A stretch of 64,000 bases of DNA from an uncultured Deferribacteres bacterium (GTDB lineage Bacteria; Zhuqueibacterota; Zhuqueibacteria; Zhuqueibacterales; Geothermadaptataceae). Both the position numbers and the translations under genes were made by a program. The DNA is taken from contig CAXHAT010000002.1 of assembly GCA_964014485.1 (NCBI GenBank), positions 1 through 64,000 on the forward strand, written 5' to 3'. Positions 18,633-27,606 of the stretch are shown here, piece after piece (position 1 is the stretch's first letter; each line of letters starts with the position of its first letter). The notes under the pieces were generated by a model, which worked only from the letters and a program-made list of their open reading frames with translations, did not search any database and was not told the origin of the DNA.

Positions 18633-21600
18633 TTACCGAATCAGCACAAGGCTTTTCAATTGTTCTTTCTTTTTGTCGCCGTCGTTCACGCTAAAGTGTA
18701 GGATATATCTGCCGTTGCGGGCCTGGCGGCCGTCGATGGTTGTGCCGCCCCAGGAGAAGTGTTGCGGGCCTTTGAAAACCGGCTGGCGGTCGGCGAGAAT
18801 AGCGACGAGCTGCCCTTCGAGATTATAGATTTTCGCTGTCACTGAAGGCAGCGCCACGCGATTGCTGGTGACGGAAAAAGCTATGGCCACGCCCGGTTCG
18901 CCAAATTGATTTTGCCGCGTCGGCGAGAACGGATTGGGCGTGATTTGTAAATCGAGAATGCCGAGCGCCGCCGAGAATTCCGCCAGCGCATAATCGCCGC
19001 CTTGAAGAATTTCCCGCGCCACTCTGCCGGAATCGCTCGTTGCCACGGATTCGACTGCCGTGCGATCTTCCCACACGCTCAATAAATTATTCCAACGCAA
19101 AATCGTCACCTGCGCCGCGTCCACGCCGGCGGGAACGGGGAGCGAAAAAACGGCGGGCGCTTCAAACTCAATATTTTCCGGGCTAATGCGAAAAATCTCC
19201 GAAACGATCCTGAAATCCTCCTCGACGTTTTGCAGCGGCAGAAGATTGGCGACCGAGGAGCGGATGGTAAATTGCGAGTTGAACAAATTTTCGGCAAATT
19301 CAATCCGCTGCCCAAAGCGTCCGAAAAACCGCAATTCCTTCTCTGGCCTGAGCACGCCGAGCACGTTGACCTCGAGCGTATCGCGCACGCCGAACTCTTC
19401 CGCCAAAACGGAAACTTTTAGATCGCCAATATAGCCGGAATCGGTGCTCAAAAAGCCGGTCGAAGAGACGCTTGCCGTGTCGGCGCCGAGATCGACGCTC
19501 CAGAGTAAATTCGGCACGCTGTTTACGCTGCGCCCGGCAGTATCAACGGCGGCGACGCTGTATTGCGAACCGTCTTGTTCGCCGCCAAGAATTTCCGTCG
19601 GCCCCTGGATCGCTAAAGAAGCGAGCACCTGACTTTCTAAAGAAAAGTCCAGGACGACTGAAGTGTCATTTGGCGCTAACTCCACGAGATGCTGCGAAGG
19701 CGTGGAGAAAAAAAGCGGCGCTTGCGCCAAAACGCGATATTGTCCCGGAAAAACCTGGGCGAAAAAGCGCCCGTCGAGCCCGGACGTCGTAGTGTCGCTA
19801 CGTGCAAAAGCGTCCAGACTGGCGAAGATGACGCGCGCATCCGGAAAGCCGTCGTCAGTTCCAGCGCGGGTGACGCGGCCTTGCATAAAAGAGAAAATCC
19901 GGTCGAGCGCAATCTGCAAAGAGTCGTTCGGCGCATTAATGGAGAACACTTGGGCTTTGAAATTCGGGTGTGAAATTTCGAGCGAATACTCAAAGGTAAA
20001 GGTCAGGCCGCTAAATAAAAAAGCGCCGTCGTCTCCGGTTTGAAACTCACGGGTGATTTCACCGGGTCTGAGCAAGCGCACTGTTGCGGAAGAAACGGGC
20101 AGGTTCTCGTCCGCACTGACGACGGTTCCGCCAATCGTTGCGTTGGTGGCGAAAAGGGCAAAATCGATATTTTCCTGATTGACTTCGACGGAGTCCAGCG
20201 GCGCAGCTTGACGAAAGCCCTCCTTGCTCGCCAATACGCGAAAAACGCGTCCCGGCGCCACCGGCAGGCCGTCGATGCGATACTCGCCGTTCGGCGCGGT
20301 GGAAAGCGCTTGCACAAAAGTGGCCGTGCCCTGCACCTGCGCGACCACGAGCGCGCCTTCTATTCCGGCGTCGGTAAAGCCGTCAAGAATGCGGCCGGAA
20401 AGAAAGCCGTCGTTGCGAAACATAGTGATTGTCGGCTCGATGGTTTCGCGCGCCGGTACGACGACGTTGAGCGGATCGGCGAAAAAGTCGTCGGAGCGGG
20501 TAAAAATCGTCGCTTCGCCGGGGATGATTTTCTCGAAAGTAAAAATCCCCGCTGCGTTCGAACTGGTGACGATTTGCTGGAACGTGTTGACGAAAATGAC
20601 CTGCACGCCGGACAACGGTTCGCCAAAATCAGATTGCACCCGGCCTTGAATCGTGCCAAAATTTTCCGGGAGAAAAAAGTTTACGCCGCCGAGCGAGTCA
20701 ACGTTGGCGACGATGATCGAAGTGTCCTGATTGGCATAGCCGACGCGCGAGGCAAGAAGAAAATACGGGCCGGGCTCAAGGCAAAGCTGGTAGGCCCCAC
20801 TGCTGTCTGTACGCGCGGTGAAGTTTTCCTGCCCGGCGGCGAAAATAGAAGCGTCAAAAATGGGCTGACCGAACTGATCGAAAACGAAGCCCGTGACCGA
20901 AGTCGCGACGCCGGTGAGTTCCAAAACAATGTCCGCAGCCTGCCCCAGTGCGACCGATGTTTCCATGATTTGCGAGCTTTGACAGCCGAGCATGGCTTGT
21001 AGGGAATAGTCTCCCGGCTCGACGGAAATTTCGAACAAGCCCTGTTCGTCCGTGCGGATCGATCTGCCGCGCCCGATCAGATTGACTTGCGCATTGGCGA
21101 CCGCCCCGTCGGCATTGCGCACGAGACCTCGAATGACGGCGGATGCCGGATTCATTAAAAAATCAACGCGCGCCGAGTCGCCTTCCGCCACGCTGACCGG
21201 CATAACGCCGTCGCTGACAAAGCCGGGCAGACTCGCGTCGAGCAAGTATGCGCGTCCAGCTTCGGCGATAAAGCTCCAGACGCCGTTCGCGTCAGTAACC
21301 GCCAAAGCCTGGCCGTTCGAAGTTGCCACGATTTCAACGTTCGTGAGCGGCGCTTGCGTTTCTTCCGTGCGTACGGTTCCCCAAATGATGCTCGCCCGTG
21401 AGAGCGTGACGTCCAATTCGGTTTTCATGCCGTCGAGCAGTTGTACCGAGGTTTGGAACGGTGCGAAACCGTCTTTGACGGCGGTGAGCTGGTAAAGTCC
21501 GGCGGGCGCATCGAAAGAATAAACGCCGAAATTGTCGCTGGTCGTCGTTTGCGTTTTGCCGTCGCTGTCGGCGGTCAAGGTCACAGTCGCTCCGGCGGTC

Positions 21601-23594
21601 AATTGATTGTCAGCGAAAACGCGCCCTTCGAGCATGGCGGCTCTGGAAAATGTAAACGACGCCTGCGCCGTTTGGCCGGATTGCAAATTGATCGTGTAGG
21701 ACGGCGGAATGCTGTGATATCCCTCGTACGCAGCTTGGACTTTCCATGCACCGGCGGGCAGCGAAAATTCATAGCTCTCGCTGCGCCCGTTGACGACTTC
21801 GAAGGTCTTGCCCTGATTTTCGAGCTTGAATCGCACGCCGGACAAGGGCAGCCCGTTCTCATCGAGCAGCGTACCGCTGACTTTGGCGTCGCCGCGCGTC
21901 AGAACAATGTCGCCGATATTCGCCAAACCCAGCGCATCAAATGCGGGCACGGAAATTTCCTGTTGGCTGAACCCAAAGGCGGAGACGAACAGGCTGGCGG
22001 GTTTGTCGTCAGCGGCGAGGGCGAAGAATCCAAGACCGTCGGCTTTTTCCGGTTTGGCGGACGGGGCCGTCGCAATTTCGGCGAAAGGCACGGGCGAACC
22101 GTCGGGCTCGACCACGCGGCCAAGAACGAGCCGCTGCGCGGGTGAATGGCGAACAATTGCGTCAGCATTTTGACCGCCGCCTAATTCAACGTCGACCGAA
22201 GAGGGCGCATAGCCGCGAACATTGCTGGAAATGGTGTAATCGCCGGACGGCGCATCAAATTCGATGTTGCCGCTGAAGCCGGTGAAAAGAGAAAAAGGCG
22301 GCCCTACGCCTTGCCCCCGAGAAATTTCAATATCAGCGAAGGGGATGGCAGCGCCGGTGGCGCGATCTACGCTGCGGATTTGCAGCGTGCCTTTGGAAGA
22401 TTGAAAAGAAAACGTGCGCGGCGGCGAGGCGGAGTACGTGCGGGGATTTTCAGCAAAAACCGTCACTGTTTGTTCCCGGCCAATGATAAAATCACGCGCC
22501 AGGAATTGTGCGCTGGTGTCGACGGTGATTTTTTGCCAAAGTACAATCGAGCCTTCGCCGAGATTTTCGTCTTCGATCAGTTCCTGCAAAACAACGCGGT
22601 AACGGGTCGCTCCGGGGACGCCGCGCCAGCGAAAGTCGATTTGATCCGTGCTGACGGTGGCGTCCTGTCCCGGAGTAAGAATTTGCGGGACGGGTAAGCT
22701 CACGTTGGCGGCCACTTCAAATTGGGTGGCGAAGAGGGGGAACAGCTCAAAAGTGACGTTGCGCAGATCAGGAGCAAATGCGCTGAACACGACCCAACTG
22801 TAGGTTTCTCCCGGAATGAGCGGCGGCGTATTCTGATCCGGCCAGAATCCTGACAAATCCGTCTCGCCGTAGCGTATCGACGAATTTTGTGTAAAAGCCT
22901 GCCAAACGACGTTAATGCCGACAATGTTTTCAATCTCGCCAGTCTCGGGATCGGTTTCAATGGACAATTCACCCTGCGAAACGACGAGATAATAATACGG
23001 GACGCCGCTGATCGGCGCCCAGCTAAAAATTGGCTCGTCGTTGTCCAAATTGAGCGTGTTTTCCGGCCCGATGACGCGGACTGGCGCTGGCGGCTGGACG
23101 AAAATCGGGAATTCAATCGAGGTTTCATCAGGCGTATCGACGTCTTGCAGAATGCAGTAGTATATGCCGACCGGCAAGTCCGGAAAAACGTCTCCGACGT
23201 CGAGCCGTCCCTGGCCGACTAGGTTGACGGCTTCAGGGTAGGCGGCGGGATCGCCTCCGCCCGGAGATGTGCTGTAGCGAATGCGGCAGCGGCGCTGATT
23301 ATCGATCCAAGAAATGCGCAGCGTGTCTTCCTTGCCCTGAGAAACAAAAGCGCTGTTGATCGAGCGAATGGTGATTTCCGAGCGAATGTTTTCGGGAGAA
23401 GCGAGCCTGACGTCGATGGCGGCGGAAGCGTTGTTTTTTAAAATTGGCTGGGATTGAGCGACAAGAATCGTTGGAATTATGGAAAAAAGAATCGTTAGAA
23501 ACGGGCTTTGTACAAAATTTTTTACATGGCGGAAAAACACCTCTCTTGCCCCCTTCGAAAGGGGGATTTTCACCGCTTCGTTCCTGATCATCAC
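18633..23594 (-). CDS. Large secreted protein with many carboxypeptidase-regulatory-like (CnaB-type) repeats and a FlgD-Ig/T9SS-like C-terminal domain
   Basis: Repeated GxV...GxP+xxAxV...TDxxGxY/F...GY units; C-terminal PNPFSP...KIYNLEGQLV...WGG...NGRYI...KSLVLIR. Confidence 0.85.
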   Translation of the reverse strand: MMIRNEAVKIPLSKGAREVFFRHVKNFVQSPFLTILFSIIPTILVAQSQPILKNNASAAIDVRLASPENIRSEITIRSINSAFVSQGKEDTLRISWIDNQRRCRIRYSTSPGGGDPAAYPEAVNLVGQGRLDVGDVFPDLPVGIYYCILQDVDTPDETSIEFPIFVQPPAPVRVIGPENTLNLDNDEPIFSWAPISGVPYYYLVVSQGELSIETDPETGEIENIVGINVVWQAFTQNSSIRYGETDLSGFWPDQNTPPLIPGETYSWVVFSAFAPDLRNVTFELFPLFATQFEVAANVSLPVPQILTPGQDATVSTDQIDFRWRGVPGATRYRVVLQELIEDENLGEGSIVLWQKITVDTSAQFLARDFIIGREQTVTVFAENPRTYSASPPRTFSFQSSKGTLQIRSVDRATGAAIPFADIEISRGQGVGPPFSLFTGFSGNIEFDAPSGDYTISSNVRGYAPSSVDVELGGGQNADAIVRHSPAQRLVLGRVVEPDGSPVPFAEIATAPSAKPEKADGLGFFALAADDKPASLFVSAFGFSQQEISVPAFDALGLANIGDIVLTRGDAKVSGTLLDENGLPLSGVRFKLENQGKTFEVVNGRSESYEFSLPAGAWKVQAAYEGYHSIPPSYTINLQSGQTAQASFTFSRAAMLEGRVFADNQLTAGATVTLTADSDGKTQTTTSDNFGVYSFDAPAGLYQLTAVKDGFAPFQTSVQLLDGMKTELDVTLSRASIIWGTVRTEETQAPLTNVEIVATSNGQALAVTDANGVWSFIAEAGRAYLLDASLPGFVSDGVMPVSVAEGDSARVDFLMNPASAVIRGLVRNADGAVANAQVNLIGRGRSIRTDEQGLFEISVEPGDYSLQAMLGCQSSQIMETSVALGQAADIVLELTGVATSVTGFVFDQFGQPIFDASIFAAGQENFTARTDSSGAYQLCLEPGPYFLLASRVGYANQDTSIIVANVDSLGGVNFFLPENFGTIQGRVQSDFGEPLSGVQVIFVNTFQQIVTSSNAAGIFTFEKIIPGEATIFTRSDDFFADPLNVVVPARETIEPTITMFRNDGFLSGRILDGFTDAGIEGALVVAQVQGTATFVQALSTAPNGEYRIDGLPVAPGRVFRVLASKEGFRQAAPLDSVEVNQENIDFALFATNATIGGTVVSADENLPVSSATVRLLRPGEITREFQTGDDGAFLFSGLTFTFEYSLEISHPNFKAQVFSINAPNDSLQIALDRIFSFMQGRVTRAGTDDGFPDARVIFASLDAFARSDTTTSGLDGRFFAQVFPGQYRVLAQAPLFFSTPSQHLVELAPNDTSVVLDFSLESQVLASLAIQGPTEILGGEQDGSQYSVAAVDTAGRSVNSVPNLLWSVDLGADTASVSSTGFLSTDSGYIGDLKVSVLAEEFGVRDTLEVNVLGVLRPEKELRFFGRFGQRIEFAENLFNSQFTIRSSVANLLPLQNVEEDFRIVSEIFRISPENIEFEAPAVFSLPVPAGVDAAQVTILRWNNLLSVWEDRTAVESVATSDSGRVAREILQGGDYALAEFSAALGILDLQITPNPFSPTRQNQFGEPGVAIAFSVTSNRVALPSVTAKIYNLEGQLVAILADRQPVFKGPQHFSWGGTTIDGRQARNGRYILHFSVNDGDKKKEQLKSLVLIR

Positions 23595-25102
23595 AGCCCC
23601 ACCGTCACGCCAAGTTGGGCGAATGAAGTGATTCCGAAAGTCAGGGCGTAATCGAGACGAAGGCGTTGCCAGTAGACGCGGTTGACGCCGCCGGAGACGG
23701 CAAAAATCGGGAACCAGAGCGTAGTTTGGGTCAGCTTTTCCGTCTCGTTTATGCTATGGATAAACGGGCGCGTTTGTACGGCGCCGAGCTTGACCTGCAG
23801 CCAGTCCGCGCCAAGATTGGTAAAAATGACGCGGCGCGGTTTCAGGCCAAGCTGGCGCATTCCTTCGGAATTGACTTGGGCTGAATCGCCAAACACGATG
23901 TACCGATAAGACAAGCTCGCGGCCTTGCCGTAAAAACCGTAAGTCAGGCTGGCTCGACCGGTTTTCCATTTTGTGGAGGCGGAAAAAGCAAAATGACGCG
24001 GAAAGGTGAAAGCGATGTCGGAGAGCAGGACGTTTCTTTGTAGCGTGCCGGTAAACTTGTCCTGAATGAGCCGGTTTGCGTCGAGAAACTGCTCGTCGGC
24101 TTCGGCTTTTAGGTCGATGGCCGCGACTTTGTCATAGCGAAGATTGAGTTCCTCGGGCATGGAAATGGAAGCGCCCCCAAAATACGCGGCATCCAACGAA
24201 AGTTTTTGCCAAAGCCTGTAGCTCACACCCAACCGCCAGCGCGCTCCAACGCCGTTGAGATTGCCGCGTAGAAATGCACGCAGGCTGTCGTAGTGAGTTG
24301 AAGTGGGGCTGTTAAATGCGAATTCCTGCGCGCCGCTGGAAACTTGCGCTTCCGGCGCCATGACGCCGGCGACAGTCATGGTTGAAGCGTAACGGTCGTA
24401 GCCAAGTCCGACGCCAAGATTATTGCCCACGCGCTTGCCGATGGCGAAGCTCAGTCCTCGCAGCCCAATTTCCGAAGAGAGCGCGCCGTTGACGCGCCCC
24501 AAGAGTCGAATCGTGGTGCCGCCGCCCGAAGCCTCGCTGACTGCGCTAAAGCGCCCGCCGTCGATTGAAAAGTCGAGACCTAGGCTGGTTTTGTTGTGAA
24601 TGGCAAGGCCGATTACAAAATATTTGTTGGTTAAAATTCCGCTGACATTGCCCTGTCTCCCCAAATACTTGACTTGCGGGCTGACTTCCACGCCTTCAAA
24701 ATCAAATGACGCCCGATCCTGCACGAAATCCTGAATGCCGAGCTCGATTTGATCATTAGTGTAACGCTGAACGTTGAAAACTCGGTTGACGGGAACGCTT
24801 AACGGCGGTTGGAAACTGGAATAGACGAGGCCTTTTTCTATGAACGCCAGCCCCGCCGGATTCCACCGTACGGTTTTGCCGCCGGGCGTGATTTGCGCAA
24901 TGCCGTCGCCTGCGCTTTCAAACGTGCCTGTGAATGAATTAAGTCCGTTGCCGCCAAAACGTACATCGAGGCCGACAACGCCGCCGTGAAACAATTCAAG
25001 GTTGCTGGACTGTGCGTTCAAGCTCACGATTGTGAAGATCTGAATGGAAATCAGGGAGATATAAATTAATGCGCGGTTCATTCTGCGTTTTGGCTGATTC
25101 AA
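23591..25102 (-). CDS. FadL/PorV-like outer-membrane beta-barrel protein
   Basis: Signal peptide, WNPAGLAF motif, beta-strand periodicity; stop overlaps the next start (GTGA). Confidence 0.65.
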   Translation of the reverse strand: MNQPKRRMNRALIYISLISIQIFTIVSLNAQSSNLELFHGGVVGLDVRFGGNGLNSFTGTFESAGDGIAQITPGGKTVRWNPAGLAFIEKGLVYSSFQPPLSVPVNRVFNVQRYTNDQIELGIQDFVQDRASFDFEGVEVSPQVKYLGRQGNVSGILTNKYFVIGLAIHNKTSLGLDFSIDGGRFSAVSEASGGGTTIRLLGRVNGALSSEIGLRGLSFAIGKRVGNNLGVGLGYDRYASTMTVAGVMAPEAQVSSGAQEFAFNSPTSTHYDSLRAFLRGNLNGVGARWRLGVSYRLWQKLSLDAAYFGGASISMPEELNLRYDKVAAIDLKAEADEQFLDANRLIQDKFTGTLQRNVLLSDIAFTFPRHFAFSASTKWKTGRASLTYGFYGKAASLSYRYIVFGDSAQVNSEGMRQLGLKPRRVIFTNLGADWLQVKLGAVQTRPFIHSINETEKLTQTTLWFPIFAVSGGVNRVYWQRLRLDYALTFGITSFAQLGVTVGL

Positions 25103-25111
25103 ATGAACTGA

Positions 25112-25471
25112 TCAGGCGTTTCCAACGGCTTTTTGCCAAGCCCGTCCAAGCACCTCTCGCAATTCCGATCTTTTGACCGTCGGGATGCGAACAAGGATGA
25201 ATGGGTAGTTGGCGTAATGGTCTGTTATGTAGTAAGTTAAAGGATTCTCATTCATCAGGCTTTCGCGATGATCAAAAGTCGTTTTCACGACCAAGGCGTC
25301 TTCTTTCTGGTGAATGCGCGCAATCAGCTTTTTCTTGACGCGCCAAGCGCGAGTGCCATAAGAAAGCCCTTCTTCAACGTCCGGTAATTCGGAAAAAATC
25401 TGCCGGATTTCATCGAGCGACACGATTTTGTGCGGGTTTTCACTGTCTTTCGCCTTGAGTGACATTTTCAA
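25112..25471 (-). CDS. MmcQ/YjbR family protein
   Basis: LPDVEEGLSYGTRAWRVKKKLIAR...YYITDHYANYPFILVRI; exact start uncertain. Confidence 0.85.
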   Translation of the reverse strand: MKMSLKAKDSENPHKIVSLDEIRQIFSELPDVEEGLSYGTRAWRVKKKLIARIHQKEDALVVKTTFDHRESLMNENPLTYYITDHYANYPFILVRIPTVKRSELREVLGRAWQKAVGNA

Positions 25472-25559
25472 GTCGACTTGGTTTAACGAGACAAATATCT
25501 ATTCAGTCCGGCAGGACGAGTCGCAACGCGCCTCTACGAAAAAGCTCCTTTCGCCGAAA

Positions 25560-26414
25560 TTACTCAGAAGCGTTTTTAGAATGATCGGACGTGTGCTTTT
25601 TCTGACGTAATTTTGGAAAAAACTTTGAGATCGGATAGAATAATCTCCCCAAAAGACCTTCCGGATATTGATCCATATCTTCGAAGCCCAGCTTCTCGGG
25701 CTCGTCTCGATCTTTTGGCCAGTAGACTGTGCCGAATAGCCAATCCCAGACGCTCAAAACAATGCCGAAATTTTGTCCGCCGCGCCCGTGCTGAACCACG
25801 TCATGGTGCCAGACGTGCATTTTGGGCGAATTGATCACATACTTGAGCGGGCCGTAATCAAAGGGTAAATTAGCGTGGTTTAAGTCCTGCATCAAGGTGC
25901 CAATCACTGCAATGATCAGAATGATCGACCCGTCGACGCCGAGAATGACAAGCGGGAGATAGGAAAGCGTTTTGTAGACGACGACTTCGCCCCAATGAAA
26001 TCGGAAATTGCCGATCCAGTCCAACTCCTCGATGCTATGATGGAGCTTATGGAATTCCCAGAGCCAGGGAGTGTTGTGCAGGAGACGGTGGATGTTCCAC
26101 TCGATGAAGTCTTTCAAGATAAAGAAAACGATGAATTGCAGCCACAATGGAGAATTCTGCATAAGCGCGATGTTTTCGGGCACTGGCAGGCCTGCGTTGT
26201 ACAGGACGCCATTTAACCATAGAACCAGCTTTCCGGTTAATATTGCCATCAGCAAGCCCAGGTAGTGGCCGTTGAAGACGAGCCAAAAGAGGTCTTGCCA
26301 GAAGCCTTTCCGCAAAACCTTTTGTTTTTTTCTCCAGGGCGAAATTCGCTCAAGCCCGAAGCATAGCAACGACACGCCAATTAGCCAGAAATAATATTGT
26401 AGATAAACCGGCAT
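25560..26414 (-). CDS. Sterol desaturase / fatty acid hydroxylase family membrane protein
   Basis: His boxes HRLLH, HKLHH, RFHWGE, HVWHH; NFGIVLSVWDWLFGT. Confidence 0.92.
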   Translation of the reverse strand: MPVYLQYYFWLIGVSLLCFGLERISPWRKKQKVLRKGFWQDLFWLVFNGHYLGLLMAILTGKLVLWLNGVLYNAGLPVPENIALMQNSPLWLQFIVFFILKDFIEWNIHRLLHNTPWLWEFHKLHHSIEELDWIGNFRFHWGEVVVYKTLSYLPLVILGVDGSIILIIAVIGTLMQDLNHANLPFDYGPLKYVINSPKMHVWHHDVVQHGRGGQNFGIVLSVWDWLFGTVYWPKDRDEPEKLGFEDMDQYPEGLLGRLFYPISKFFPKLRQKKHTSDHSKNASE

Positions 26415-26547
26415 TTGGATTTTAGGACAATAAATTCAGTGCGTCAATTTTGATTTATCGAACCGTTTGAAACAAGCCTTTTAGTGAAGGCAAATAATAA
26501 CATCGACACACTTACTAATCAAACAAGATTAGCCAGAATTACATTTC

Positions 26548-26563
26548 TGGCATGACCTGTGCG
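26548..26563 (+). promoter_or_regulatory. Putative sigma54 (-24/-12) promoter
   Basis: TGGCATGACCTGTGCG: TGGCAT-N5-GTGC with exact GG-N10-GC spacing. Confidence 0.5.
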
Positions 26564-26573
26564 TTAAAAATGG

Positions 26574-26800
26574 TATAACTGAGAAGCATCATTTGGGGGA
26601 AGCGAAGCTTCTTTATGGCTCTTAGGGGTGAGTTTAAGGAGGTGTGCTTGGGTGTTTTGAGGTTATTCCGGGAAAGGGGGAGCGCTGTCGCAGGTTTGGG
26701 CAGCGCCGCTACTGGCCAGGGCGACTGGGGGGATCGCCTTGGCCGGCGATCCGGAAGCAGATTATTGACATCAAGACTGGAGTCTTTTGTCTCCACTTTT
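26574..26800 (+). ncRNA. Putative structured G-rich small RNA (or sORF transcript)
   Basis: Downstream of the sigma54-like motif; hairpins with G-U pairs on + (26682-26706, 26712-26746); repeated G3-G6 tracts; no convincing protein ORF. Ends are estimates. Confidence 0.35.
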
Positions 26801-26831
26801 GTCCGTTTCGCCGGAATGTTTCTCGAAAGCT

Positions 26832-27389
26832 TTAACCGGCTAAGGACGGACGCCAATTATTTTTGCTGTTGAAAATCCAATAATTACATGCTCGGTCATG
26901 GACATAACCTTGTCTTATGTTGCTGGACGAAATGTCCATGTTGTCGGAAGTGCGGGAGCGAGGCTTGGTAACAATTCTAATTTCCTTCAATTTTCTTTTC
27001 TTTCTAAGTCGATTGAACTCAAGGAACAGGTCGTAATATTCGCTCGTGACTAGCGCGTGCGTTATTTTGCTTCCATCGTCGTTTTTGTTTGAAAGGTCTT
27101 TGCCCAAATGCCGCCTGCTGGGCAACGGGCGAATGCTATACTCGATTTTTTTTCCCAATTGCTCGCACAATTCGTCGATGAATTGCTGGATGCGTTGCTT
27201 TCGAAATTCGTAGGGAAGAATTTTATACTTTTTGTTTTTGTTGGCGAATCCGTCGCTCGAAACATAGATCAAAGCGTTTTTGCTAATTTCAAACGCCATT
27301 CGAATATACTCTTTGTGCCCTTTGTGTAAAGCGTCAAACGTGCCGCCAATGACAATGCGTCGTTCATTATCATTATGATTATTAGACAT
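26832..27389 (-). CDS. HxGH nucleotidyltransferase resembling archaeal/eukaryotic-type phosphopantetheine adenylyltransferase
   Basis: IGGTFDALHKGH, SSDGFA..KK.KILPYEFR, FNRLRKKRKLKEIRIV, DISSSNIRQG. Confidence 0.8.
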   Translation of the reverse strand: MSNNHNDNERRIVIGGTFDALHKGHKEYIRMAFEISKNALIYVSSDGFANKNKKYKILPYEFRKQRIQQFIDELCEQLGKKIEYSIRPLPSRRHLGKDLSNKNDDGSKITHALVTSEYYDLFLEFNRLRKKRKLKEIRIVTKPRSRTSDNMDISSSNIRQGYVHDRACNYWIFNSKNNWRPSLAG

Positions 27390-27606
27390 GATTTTTCATC
27401 CTGAAATAATTGCGGGGACGGCCGCTAATCCTTAGCGCCCCCCAGATTACGGGTATCAGCAAAAAAATTTCGTTTTATTATACTTTCTATTTCCGATCAA
27501 TGCGGATGCGCCGCCCGCAGCCGACGATTCCTTCACTGCCGAAACTACCGCTCTATTCGAAACAAGGAATGTTATAGAGTCAGCAGGAATAATATCAGGG
27601 AGGAGT

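Noticed and set aside
20040..22145. Long + strand ORFs (320 aa, 234 aa) opposite the giant repeat protein, and similar shadow ORFs elsewhere
   Set aside because: Antisense shadows of GC-rich coding sequence, with no motifs and Arg-rich biased composition.
26539..26872. Track ORFs of 105, 85 and 63 aa in the G-rich region
   Set aside because: No recognisable motifs and composition dictated by G/C tracts; not called as CDS, though a translated sORF cannot be excluded.
26574..27389. Retron-type or toxin-antitoxin reading of the structured RNA plus enzyme
   Set aside because: No reverse transcriptase in the window, and the enzyme is an HxGH-class transferase, not a polymerase-beta-type toxin.
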